Of a stretch of 37,103 nucleotides of DNA, positions 8,558-17,321 are shown piece after piece (positions within the stretch are counted from its first letter, which is position 1; each line of letters opens with the position of its first letter). The notes beneath the pieces are model-generated. The model was not told the origin of the DNA. It was given only the letters and a program-made list of their open reading frames with translations, and ran no database searches. Both the position numbers and the translations under genes were made by a program. The stretch is from a virus. Location of the stretch: the UHGV virus genome UHGV-0194471; one strand, written 5' to 3'.

Positions 8558-9079
8558 ATGAAACACTTTTTCTTACCTTTGGGGGTTTGTGCGCTGTTGT
8601 TGTCGGGATGTGGTGATGACGATGTTACACAGCCATCTGCATCGACAATGTTTACTGTTGAAACCGATAGTCCGGTAGTGAAGCGCGAATTGCCCTTTAT
8701 TCGCCAACAGTGTCCAGGACTGGATAAATACGCAGCAAACTTTGATAAATTTAAGGTCTACGACGACACGATGCGTCCGGTGACAACGGTGGAGTTTCAC
8801 GTCAAGAATGAGAACAGCATACCCGGTAATTACACCGCCTCTGATCATACCTGTTTCCTTTTCATCTCCAACAATACCCACGAAGTGAAGATTTCAAAAT
8901 CCGCCTGCCAGTCTGTTTGCTTCGATAAAGCGGATGTGCCTGGTGGGGATCTGGTTGTGAAACTGGATAAAGAAAGAGTTCCTATGACTGCTGATAAGAA
9001 GTCGCCGCGCGAGGGGTGCCTGATGGTTTACTCGCCAGAGCCAAACGGGGATTACTGGACGTGTCCAAGACAAGATTAA
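8558..9079 (+). CDS. Lipoprotein of unknown function
   Basis: Signal peptide with lipobox MKHFFLPLGVCALLLSGC; AAGGA precedes the ATG at 8558 (alternative start 8543); several Cys in the mature part; AT-rich. Confidence 0.6.
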   Translation: MKHFFLPLGVCALLLSGCGDDDVTQPSASTMFTVETDSPVVKRELPFIRQQCPGLDKYAANFDKFKVYDDTMRPVTTVEFHVKNENSIPGNYTASDHTCFLFISNNTHEVKISKSACQSVCFDKADVPGGDLVVKLDKERVPMTADKKSPREGCLMVYSPEPNGDYWTCPRQD

Positions 9080-9156
9080 ACATGTTGTAAACAAAACAAA
9101 AAAGCGTGCAGACAGCACGCATTTACTATCTAACTCTACTGAAGGTTTCAGATTCT

Positions 9157-10188
9157 ATGCCAGCAAATGAACCTGCAAATGCAATCGTTGTAAATCATGT
9201 GGTTATTCACCTTTTAGATAAAGAGCCGCATGGGGTGACATCCTTACAGCTTAGCCCAGCAGAGAGTGGCGTCACCGCAGCATCACAACGCTTAATAGAT
9301 GATATCTGTGGGAAATATGCAGGGCGAATGGGGAAAGGTTATGGCCATTTTGAAGATGACCCTGACAATTACCCGATGCAAACAATCGTATCAGACTATT
9401 TAGCTCAAGAGCATCCTGATGATTTTTACCGTAGCTCCTGCCGCATGATTCGTCATCTGGAATCTCGGATTCAAACAACACCACTCGCTACTGGTGGCTA
9501 TGTTCTATTCGCCCACATTACGATGAATCAACACGAGCATATTTTAGTTGCCATGTTAAGCCCCACGACGGGAACTGCGGTTAACGATGCCTTTGCTATC
9601 CAGGAAAGTGTCTACCTTGATATCGACAAGCTACGTGTGGCGGGGCGTATTGACATTACGTCCTGGCAATCAGGTGCCGAACGTTATATAAGTTTCCTGA
9701 AAGGGAGCAATGCTGTATCTGGTTACTTTAAGCAGTTCCTGGGCTGTAACGATGTTTTGATCGCCAAGCGTGAAACAGAGAAATTGCGGGATGCGTTGAA
9801 AGAGTTTGCGACTGAGCAAGGGCTTGACCCCGCACGTCGAGAGGCTTTTCTGCAAACGGCCCATGACCATTTGAAGCAACTGAGCAAAGATGGTGAGCCT
9901 GTAGATCTGACAACCTTTGTGAACGCAGTCTGGCCACAAGAACCAGAACTGCTATCGACTAAGCTGGCCAACCAAGAACTGGAACTGTCGGATGGTTTTG
10001 TCCCAGATGGACGCGTACTAAAAGGAATCATTTCCTTTAAAGGAAAGTCCAATCATTGGGAGCTAAAGTTTGATCGTGCTGGTCTTCAAGATGGTTCAAT
10101 TGAGTATAATCGTGATCAGGATGTAATCATTCTAAGGAATATTCCTGATAGCTTCAGAGAAGAGATACTGGATGAGGTTGAGGAGTGA
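9157..10188 (+). CDS. YejK/NdpA-like (NA37 family) nucleoid-associated protein homolog
   Basis: ~343 aa; central segments (GGYVLFAH…ILVAMLS…YLDIDKLRVAGRIDITSWQ…ERYISFLKG…FLGC) resemble the E. coli YejK family as recalled from memory; start placed at ATG 9157 (GAAGG upstream) rather than the track start 9106. Confidence 0.5.
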   Translation: MPANEPANAIVVNHVVIHLLDKEPHGVTSLQLSPAESGVTAASQRLIDDICGKYAGRMGKGYGHFEDDPDNYPMQTIVSDYLAQEHPDDFYRSSCRMIRHLESRIQTTPLATGGYVLFAHITMNQHEHILVAMLSPTTGTAVNDAFAIQESVYLDIDKLRVAGRIDITSWQSGAERYISFLKGSNAVSGYFKQFLGCNDVLIAKRETEKLRDALKEFATEQGLDPARREAFLQTAHDHLKQLSKDGEPVDLTTFVNAVWPQEPELLSTKLANQELELSDGFVPDGRVLKGIISFKGKSNHWELKFDRAGLQDGSIEYNRDQDVIILRNIPDSFREEILDEVEE

Positions 10189-11393
10189 GTATCAGTTTTG
10201 AGCAACTGGTGGGATTGTACAGGCAGATTACTTTCGGTAACGATATGGCCGAAGGTACGCTGGTGCTTACCCCAGAATCCTGCGAGTTGCTCAACGCTTT
10301 GCTTGAGGACACCGATACATATGGGATCTCTCTGGCACAAGGTGAAGTAGTGGCTGGCCAGCAGGTGTCGCTTTTTGTGAACGCCCCAAAGACAAAGCTA
10401 GGTCTGCTATGCCGTAATTTGGCGGCTTTGTTAAAGTCGCCAAAACACCAAAGCGAGGAACCTTCCCGCTACTACCTGATCGACAGCCAATTTTATAGTT
10501 CGGATGCGCCAACATCTGTAATTGAAAACTACCGCACTATCTTAACATTTCTGCGCCTGCTTAAAGAAAAGTCGGCATACTTTGATACCAGTGCATATGA
10601 ATGCGTTTTTTTCCGCGCCGATGTATTTAAATTACCTATACGTTACAGTGCAGAAACCGTAGAAAATCTTGATAAAACGACACTCGATGAACTCATTCAG
10701 CAGTTTTCTGACGACACACACAAAGAGCAGAAACTCTCGCTTTTAATTGAAAGCATCCAGTTAATCGGTCAGGAAACGGAAAACAATAAAGTCTTTGAGT
10801 ATGCACTGAAGAACATTGATAAATTAAAAGTTGAGTTCGATAAGGGTTATCGCCTCTTCACTTCTGGGTTCTCATACGAAAAGGTTCTGGATGAACTTAG
10901 AACCGCCAAAGTTGAAGAAATGGGACGTATCCATAAAGTCTTTTCAGATATCCAAAACCAGATACTGGGTATCCCAGTCGCAACCATTATCGTCGCGACA
11001 CAAATCAAGAAAGCAAGTGGTGATGTCTATCAAACCATTATCAATAGCGCAGTTTTTTTAGGGGCCTTTGTTTTTGCTACGTTGGTTATGTTGACTTTGT
11101 TCAACCAGTTACAGACGTTAACTGCTATCAAAGAAGAACTTCGACATAAAAAGACTCAGGTTGATAAAAAGTATGCATCAATAAAAAATGACATTGATAG
11201 TATCTTTTGCTCTGTACGTAAACGTCTTTGCCGTCAGGTTATCGCGTTCTGGTTTATTATTATGTTCCTTGTTGTCGCTATTATATCGACAGGATTAATT
11301 TACCTATACTGCACATACCCTGAAACATGGAATATCTTGGTTACAAAAGTGATGTCATGGCGGCATCACTTGAGTAATAAGCCCACTCCTTAA
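10185..11393 (+). CDS. Membrane-anchored protein of unknown function (large cytoplasmic N-domain, C-terminal TM helices)
   Basis: GTG start overlaps the upstream stop (GTGA); predicted TM segments AVFLGAFVFATLVMLTLF and VIAFWFIIMFLVVAIISTGLIYLY; markedly AT-rich. Confidence 0.55.
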   Translation: MSISFEQLVGLYRQITFGNDMAEGTLVLTPESCELLNALLEDTDTYGISLAQGEVVAGQQVSLFVNAPKTKLGLLCRNLAALLKSPKHQSEEPSRYYLIDSQFYSSDAPTSVIENYRTILTFLRLLKEKSAYFDTSAYECVFFRADVFKLPIRYSAETVENLDKTTLDELIQQFSDDTHKEQKLSLLIESIQLIGQETENNKVFEYALKNIDKLKVEFDKGYRLFTSGFSYEKVLDELRTAKVEEMGRIHKVFSDIQNQILGIPVATIIVATQIKKASGDVYQTIINSAVFLGAFVFATLVMLTLFNQLQTLTAIKEELRHKKTQVDKKYASIKNDIDSIFCSVRKRLCRQVIAFWFIIMFLVVAIISTGLIYLYCTYPETWNILVTKVMSWRHHLSNKPTP

Positions 11394-11432
11394 ACCCCTT
11401 TAAAAGCCTTCCTGCCTACCATTCCGCACACT

Positions 11433-11454
11433 GCCTCCATCACCCAATGGAGGC
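11433..11454 (+). promoter_or_regulatory. Hairpin enclosing the Shine-Dalgarno of the holin-like gene
   Basis: GCCTCCAT-cacccA-ATGGAGGC, 8-bp stem; the GGAGG at 11449..11453 is in the 3' arm, 5 nt before ATG 11459. Confidence 0.4.
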
Positions 11455-11458
11455 ACTT

Positions 11459-11749
11459 ATGAAAACTTCTCTTTTCCCGCGTTTATCCGGCTGGCTGGTG
11501 GCATCGGTGGTGTTGTTCGCGCTGATTGCGCTGATTTCCCCGCAGCAGCTTCCGGTCGTTGTTTACAAACTGAGCCTGATCTCGCTGGCGGCGGTGCTGG
11601 GCTACTGGCTGGATCGCAGCCTGTTTCCCTATGCGCGGCCAAATTATTTTCAGTCAGCGGAAAATGAACAACGTCTCTTTGCCGCCGCCATGCTGCGCCG
11701 TGCGGTGATTGTCGCGGCGGTGTGTCTGGCCGTGGCGATGGGGCTGTAG
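11459..11749 (+). CDS. Putative holin / small membrane protein (3 predicted TM helices)
   Basis: 96 aa, hydrophobic segments, immediately upstream of the endolysin; GGAGG RBS. Confidence 0.45.
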   Translation: MKTSLFPRLSGWLVASVVLFALIALISPQQLPVVVYKLSLISLAAVLGYWLDRSLFPYARPNYFQSAENEQRLFAAAMLRRAVIVAAVCLAVAMGL

Positions 11750-11751
11750 CC

Positions 11752-12486
11752 ATGACGCTGCATATGTACTGGCCGCAGGTTGTCTGGTCTGTGACGGCGC
11801 TGCTGGGGATGGGAATGGCGCTGGCGCGTCACGGGCAACCGCGCACCGATAAACACAATTTCTGGTACCAGTCGCTGGCGGTACTGATTGCAGGCTGGCT
11901 GCTCTGGTGCGGCGGTTTTTTTAGCCAGGCCAATGCCGCCGAACCGCCCGCTTCCGCCAAACCTTACCGCGCCGAACTGGTGCGTAATGCCCGCGCGGTA
12001 TGGGGGATGGATGCGCCTGTCGCCGATTTCGCCGGGCAGTTCCAGCAGGAATCCGACTGGAATCCCGCCGCCCGTTCACCCGTTGGTGCGCAGGGGATGG
12101 CGCAGTTTATGCCCTCCACTAGCGACTGGATCAGCCAACTGCTTCCCGAACTCCGCGCCCGAGAGCCGTTTAACCCGTCGTGGGCCATCCGGGCGCTGGT
12201 GCAATACGACCAGTGGTTGTGGCAGCGCGTCAGCGCCCGCGATGGTTGCCAGCGAATGGCATTCACCTTAAGCGCCTATAACGGCGGTTTAGGCTGGGTG
12301 AACCGCGATAAAAAGCTGGCGGCGCAGCGCGGGCTGGATGCCGCCGTCTGGTTTGACGCGGTGGCGACGGTCAACGCCGGGCGCAGCGCCGCCAACTGGC
12401 GCGAGAACCGGGGTTATCCGCAACGCATCCTGTACCAGAACGCGCCGCGCTATCTGTCATGGGGAGGGGCTAACTGTGTTCGATAA
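11752..12486 (+). CDS. Endolysin, lytic transglycosylase (SLT domain) with N-terminal membrane/SAR-like segment
   Basis: SLT signature ESDWNPAARSPVGAQGMAQFMPST; N-terminal hydrophobic helices; start taken at ATG 11752 (track start 11722 overlaps the holin gene). Confidence 0.7.
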   Translation: MTLHMYWPQVVWSVTALLGMGMALARHGQPRTDKHNFWYQSLAVLIAGWLLWCGGFFSQANAAEPPASAKPYRAELVRNARAVWGMDAPVADFAGQFQQESDWNPAARSPVGAQGMAQFMPSTSDWISQLLPELRAREPFNPSWAIRALVQYDQWLWQRVSARDGCQRMAFTLSAYNGGLGWVNRDKKLAAQRGLDAAVWFDAVATVNAGRSAANWRENRGYPQRILYQNAPRYLSWGGANCVR

Positions 12487-13069
12487 ACTCAAAACGGCGG
12501 GGTTAGCCGCCACGCTGATACTGCTATTCGTCGTGTTTGGCGGGTATTTCGCGTGGCTGCAAGGCCACAAACACGGCTACGAGAAGGCGCAGACTGAATG
12601 CCTGCGCCTGCAAAAACAGCAGGCCAAGGCCGGGCAACGGGCGTTGCAGGAGGAAATAAACCGCAGCCAGCAGCAGTTGATTCACATCCGGGAAAACGAG
12701 CAGACCTACCTCGCCCGGACAGAGGAACTGACCGCCCGCAACGCCGAACTACAGAGGAAAATTAACGATGTTACGCAGCATTACGTTGACGAAAAAGGCA
12801 AGGCTCATACTGTGGCCTGCGTGTTTACTCGCGGCTTCGTGCAGCAGTACAACGCCTCCCTCGGCGTGTCCGCCCCGGATGTTGCCGCCGCTACCCGCGA
12901 CGCTGGCGCGGCCGCCGCAGCCGTTCAGGGCGCTGACGCCCGGTTACGCGCCTCCGGCGTCAGCCAGCGCGACATCCTCGCCAATCTCGCCGACAACGGC
13001 CAGCGCTGCCAGCAGTTAGCGCTCCAGGTGCGTGGCTTGCAGAACTATATCGCGGAGGTGTCGCGATGA
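12476..13069 (+). CDS. Rz-like i-spanin
   Basis: GTG start preceded by GGGGAGGGG; N-terminal TM (LAATLILLFVVFGGYFAWL) then coiled-coil periplasmic domain; the track start 12338 is an upstream extension overlapping the endolysin. Confidence 0.6.
   Translation: MFDKLKTAGLAATLILLFVVFGGYFAWLQGHKHGYEKAQTECLRLQKQQAKAGQRALQEEINRSQQQLIHIRENEQTYLARTEELTARNAELQRKINDVTQHYVDEKGKAHTVACVFTRGFVQQYNASLGVSAPDVAAATRDAGAAAAAVQGADARLRASGVSQRDILANLADNGQRCQQLALQVRGLQNYIAEVSR
12768..13019 (+). CDS. Rz1-like o-spanin embedded in the +1 frame of Rz
   Basis: Lipoprotein signal with lipobox LLAASC followed by a proline-rich mature peptide; GAGGAAA RBS; fully nested in the i-spanin gene. Confidence 0.55.
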   Translation: MLRSITLTKKARLILWPACLLAASCSSTTPPSACPPRMLPPLPATLARPPQPFRALTPGYAPPASASATSSPISPTTASAASS

Positions 13070-13380
13070 TGTTGCAGATTGACTTCTGGGAGGTGATCTC
13101 GATGGCGCTGTCGTTTTTGGGCGTGCTGGTCGCCGCCGGGAAGATGCTGCTGACCCAGATTGAGAAGCGCCTCAACGAACGCTTTGAGTCGCTGGAAGCG
13201 GCACGTAAGGAGTCGGAATCCGGCTGGTCACGGCTGGAGCGCGAGTTCCTGGAGTTCCGCGCCGATATGCCGCTGAACTATGTGCGGCGTGAGGATTACA
13301 TCCGGGGACAAACGGTTATCGAGGCCAAGCTGGACGCGCTGTATAACAAAATCGAACTGTCGCAAGGGGGTGGTAAATGA
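13066..13380 (+). CDS. Small membrane protein, N-terminal TM plus coiled coil
   Basis: 104 aa, TM ISMALSFLGVLVAAG; sits between the lysis and packaging genes. Confidence 0.45.
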   Translation: MMLQIDFWEVISMALSFLGVLVAAGKMLLTQIEKRLNERFESLEAARKESESGWSRLEREFLEFRADMPLNYVRREDYIRGQTVIEAKLDALYNKIELSQGGGK

Positions 13381-13682
13381 TGGATAAAGTACGCTGTGAG
13401 TCGATGCGCTGGAATCTGATGCTGGCGCTGAACAAGGCGCGGCCCTATACCAGCAATGAACGGTTTTTACTGGCGGTGATGCAGGCGATTTACCCGGATG
13501 CCACCGCGCTGGAGCTGCGGCGCGAGCTGGACTATCTGGCCGACCGCCGGATGCTGGAACTGGTGAAGGAGCCGTCCGGCACCTGGTTCGGTGATTTAAC
13601 CCGTCTCGGTGTTGATGTGGTTGAGTACACTGTGGACTGCGGCCCCGGCATCGCCCGCCCGCAAAAGTACTGGAGCGAATGA
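13377..13682 (+). CDS. Hypothetical protein
   Basis: 101-aa ORF translationally coupled to its neighbours. Confidence 0.4.
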   Translation: MMDKVRCESMRWNLMLALNKARPYTSNERFLLAVMQAIYPDATALELRRELDYLADRRMLELVKEPSGTWFGDLTRLGVDVVEYTVDCGPGIARPQKYWSE

Positions 13683-14239
13683 TGGCCAGACGCAGCACCA
13701 TTGACAAACTCCCCGAAGAGGTCAGGCGCTGGCTGGAGCGGGCGCTGACCGACAGCGGCTTCAGCGGTTATGCCGAACTGGAAGCGCTGATGCGTGAGAA
13801 GGGCTTCCTTATCAGCAAGTCAGCCATTCATCGCTACGGCCAGAAAATCGAACGTCGTTTTACCGCCATCCGCGCAGCCACCGAAGCGGCGCGGATGCTG
13901 ACCGAGGGAGCCGCCGACGATCAGGACGCCCGTTCGGAGGCGGTGATTGCGCTGATCCAGACTGAATTGTTTGAGTCCATTGTCCAGTTACAGGAGGCGG
14001 AGGACGGCGAGATTGATCCGCAGGAGCGTGTGGCACTGCTATCGAAGGTGGCGAAGAACGTCGCCACGCTGTCACGCGCCAGCGTCAACCTGAAGAAGTT
14101 TCAGGCTGATATCCGTCGTGAGGCTCGTGAAGAGCTACAGCGCGAACAAGCTGCGGCACTGGAGAAAGAAGCCAAGGCGCAGGGGCTGGGTGAAGATCAG
14201 GTGCGCTTCTGGCGTGAGAAGATTTTGGGGATTCGATGA
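13679..14239 (+). CDS. Mu gp27-like protein (DUF3486), putative terminase small subunit
   Basis: MARRSTIDKLPEEVRRWLERAL… N-terminus typical of Mu-like gp27; directly upstream of the large terminase. Confidence 0.55.
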   Translation: MMARRSTIDKLPEEVRRWLERALTDSGFSGYAELEALMREKGFLISKSAIHRYGQKIERRFTAIRAATEAARMLTEGAADDQDARSEAVIALIQTELFESIVQLQEAEDGEIDPQERVALLSKVAKNVATLSRASVNLKKFQADIRREAREELQREQAAALEKEAKAQGLGEDQVRFWREKILGIR

Positions 14240-15843
14240 AACCTTTAAGCAGCACCGTCCGTATTGTTGACTGGGAGGAACTGCCGCCCAGAGCCAGAGA
14301 TATTCCGGCTGGTTTTAACCCAATGACCGACGGCGTTCTGATGAAACATCAGGTGGATGTCCTGAAAATCAGAAAGTCGATTCTCGCTGTGCCTAAAGGC
14401 CGTCGAACTGGCATCACCTTTGCCTTTGGCTTTGAAGCTGTCCTGACCGCAGCCGCCCGGAAAAGCAGCGGAGGTATGGACGTTTACTACATCGGCGATA
14501 CCAAAGAGAAAGGTCTGGAGTTTATCGGTTACTGCGCCAAATTCTCTCGTGTTATTGCCGAACAACAGGCGGATTCTGTCTCCAGCATTGAAGAGTTCTT
14601 GTTTGACGATCAGGACGAGGATGGCAACACCCGCAAAATCACCGCCTATCGTGTCCGCTATGCGTCAGGTTTTCAGACTGTCGCACTATCATCCCGTCCT
14701 GCGAATATTCGTGGTTTGCAAGGGATGGTGATCATAGACGAAGCTGCGTTCCATCAGGATGTTCAAGGGGTACTGGACGCGGCAACGGCACTTCTCATCT
14801 GGGGGGGTAGGATTGTGGTGATCTCCTCGCATAAAGGAAAATCGAACCGCTTCAACGCCTTTATTATTGATATTGAAAACGGCTTATACGGCGAGGATGC
14901 AGCGGTTTATACCGTGACTTTCGATGATGCTGTAGCTAACGGGCTGTACGAGCGCGTCTGTTTTATGCAGGGCGAAGAACCTACGCTGGAGGGGAAAACC
15001 GCCTGGTACAGTCGCATCCGTAATGCCTATGGCCCGCGTAAAGCCGCCATGCGCGAGGAACTGGACGCGATCCCCCGCGACGGCAATGGCATCTGTATTC
15101 CTGGGATCTGGATAGAAGCCGCGATGCCGCCGGGAGACGACCGGACAATACTGCGGCTGACGCTGGATGAGGGTTTCACGGCGAAATCCAGGAAGGAGCG
15201 CGAAGAGTACGTCACCGACTGGATCATGCGTTATCTGGAGCCGGTGATCGCCGGGCTTGATATCAGCCTGCGTTATGCAATGGGGGATGACTTTGCCCGC
15301 CACCGCGATTTTTCCGCCATTGTGCTGATGGCCATCATGCCCAACCTGTACCGCCGCGTGCCGCTGATTATTGAAATGCACAAGGTTCCCACCCGCCAAC
15401 AGGAGCAAATCCTGTGGTATCTGCTGCGCGCTCTGCGGTGTTTTTCCGGGGCGATGGATGCCACCGGGCCGGGGCAGACGCTGGCAGAGTATACCGCCGA
15501 TGAGTTCGGCACCAGCCGTATCGCGCAGGTTAACCTTAGTCGTTCCTGGTATGGGTTGTGGATGCCAAAGCTGATTCAGGCATTTGAAGATGGCGTGCTG
15601 ACATTACCAGCGGATGAGAACGTGCGGCAGGATCTGCATTCCGTCGAGGATATTGACGGTATTCCGATGGTTTCCTCGGTGCGTAAAGAAGACCTTAAAG
15701 ACCCGGAGCTGTTCCGCCACGGCGATACGGCTATTGCGCTGGCGCTGGCATGGTTTGCATCTGTCGCCATACATACCGGCCCGGTGACGGTGAACTCCCG
15801 CCGCCGTCGCCAGTCCGCACGATTACTGGAGAACTATCACTGA
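14236..15843 (+). CDS. Terminase large subunit (Mu gp28-like)
   Basis: 535 aa; Walker B-like VIIDEAAF; position between the gp27-like and portal genes. Confidence 0.7.
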   Translation: MKPLSSTVRIVDWEELPPRARDIPAGFNPMTDGVLMKHQVDVLKIRKSILAVPKGRRTGITFAFGFEAVLTAAARKSSGGMDVYYIGDTKEKGLEFIGYCAKFSRVIAEQQADSVSSIEEFLFDDQDEDGNTRKITAYRVRYASGFQTVALSSRPANIRGLQGMVIIDEAAFHQDVQGVLDAATALLIWGGRIVVISSHKGKSNRFNAFIIDIENGLYGEDAAVYTVTFDDAVANGLYERVCFMQGEEPTLEGKTAWYSRIRNAYGPRKAAMREELDAIPRDGNGICIPGIWIEAAMPPGDDRTILRLTLDEGFTAKSRKEREEYVTDWIMRYLEPVIAGLDISLRYAMGDDFARHRDFSAIVLMAIMPNLYRRVPLIIEMHKVPTRQQEQILWYLLRALRCFSGAMDATGPGQTLAEYTADEFGTSRIAQVNLSRSWYGLWMPKLIQAFEDGVLTLPADENVRQDLHSVEDIDGIPMVSSVRKEDLKDPELFRHGDTAIALALAWFASVAIHTGPVTVNSRRRRQSARLLENYH

Positions 15844-17321
15844 TGCCACGCGGAATCTACGTTACCCCCACCGAGTTTGTCTCATTCATCGAGCCGACCA
15901 AAAGCCTGTCAGAGCAAATCGCTGTCCGCTCGCGCTCGATTGATTTTTACGGGCTGGGAATGTACCTGCCCAACCCTGACCCCATTCTCAAGGCGCAGGG
16001 GCGCGATATCAAAATCTACCGCGAACTGCGCAGCGATCCCTTAGTCGGCGGTTGTATCCGGCGACGTAAAGCGGCGGTGAAAGCGCTGGAGCACGGTGTC
16101 GAACGCGGCAACGCCACGGCGCGGGTGTTTCGCTTTGTGCGTGATCTGTTCGCGGATTTAGATATCGCCCGCATCACCGGTGAAATGACCGACGCTGTGC
16201 TCTACGGCTATCAGCCGTGTGAACTGATGTGGGCGCGTGGCGGCAAATCATGGGCAGTGACCGATGTGGTGGGTAAGCCCCCGGAGTGGTTCCAGTTCGA
16301 TATGGAAAACCGCCTGCGCTTTCGCGCCCGTAATGCCGGACTAGAGGGCGAGTTGACGCCACCGTATAAATTCCTGCTGCCGCGTCAGGATGCGACCTAC
16401 GATAACCCGTATGGTTTCCCGGATCTGTCGATGTGCTTCTGGCCCGTGACCTTCAAGAAAGGCGGCATGAAGTTCTGGGTGCGCTTTGCCGAGAAATACG
16501 GCTCGCCGTGGGTTGTCGGCAAGCATCCGCGTGGTACGTCGCAGGGTGAGATTAACCAGTTGCTGGATTCGCTGGAGGCGATGATTGAGGATGCGGTGGC
16601 CGCTATCCCGGATGACTCTTCGGTGGATATCAAAGAGGCCGCAGGTAAAGCCGATTCCAGCGATATTTACCAGAACCTGATCACAATGTCGCGCAGTGAG
16701 ATTTCCATTGCCTTGCTGGGGCAGAATCAGACCACTGAAGCCAGCGCCAACAAAGCTTCGGCGCAGGCCGGGCTGGAAGTGACGGATGATATCCGTGACG
16801 GTGATGCATCCATTGTAACCAGCGCGTTTAACCAACTTATCCGCTGGATTGTGGAACTGAACTTTGGTGCGGTGGACTGCCCTGTGTTCCGTATGTGGGA
16901 GCAGAAAACGGTTGATGAGGTGCAGGCCGGACGCGACCAGAAGTTATCGCAGGCAGGTGTGAAATTCACCCCGCAGTACTGGAAGCGCGAGTATCAATTA
17001 CAGGATGGCGATATCGACGAAACCCCGGCACCTGCGCCAGTGGCATTTGCGGAGGCGGTGACAGCGGATGTCGCCGCGCAGGAGCTGCTTGACACGGCGC
17101 TGGATGAACTGATGACCAGCGGTAAGCTGGACGATACGCTGACGCCGGTGCTGGCTCCCTTGTTTGCGCGGGTACAAAAAGGCGTCGCACCAGCGGTGCT
17201 GATGGGCGAACTGGCGGAACTGTACCCCCAGATGAACACCGACGACCTGACAGAACGGCTGGCGCGTGTGCTGTTTGTGGCGAATATCTGGGGGCGGCTC
17301 CATGAGCGTGACGAGCAGTGA
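15843..17321 (+). CDS. Portal protein (Mu gp29-like, DUF935)
   Basis: ~492 aa; ATG overlaps the terminase stop; conserved synteny terminase-portal-F. Confidence 0.7.
   Translation: MPRGIYVTPTEFVSFIEPTKSLSEQIAVRSRSIDFYGLGMYLPNPDPILKAQGRDIKIYRELRSDPLVGGCIRRRKAAVKALEHGVERGNATARVFRFVRDLFADLDIARITGEMTDAVLYGYQPCELMWARGGKSWAVTDVVGKPPEWFQFDMENRLRFRARNAGLEGELTPPYKFLLPRQDATYDNPYGFPDLSMCFWPVTFKKGGMKFWVRFAEKYGSPWVVGKHPRGTSQGEINQLLDSLEAMIEDAVAAIPDDSSVDIKEAAGKADSSDIYQNLITMSRSEISIALLGQNQTTEASANKASAQAGLEVTDDIRDGDASIVTSAFNQLIRWIVELNFGAVDCPVFRMWEQKTVDEVQAGRDQKLSQAGVKFTPQYWKREYQLQDGDIDETPAPAPVAFAEAVTADVAAQELLDTALDELMTSGKLDDTLTPVLAPLFARVQKGVAPAVLMGELAELYPQMNTDDLTERLARVLFVANIWGRLHERDEQ

Noticed and set aside
12338-12475. 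Upstream extension of the Rz-like ORF in the track
   Set aside because: Overlaps the endolysin in another frame with an Arg/Pro-rich translation; a GTG with strong RBS at 12476 gives a typical i-spanin N-terminus.
14884-15408. 174-aa minus-strand ORF
   Set aside because: Antisense within the large terminase gene; no RBS or recognisable features.
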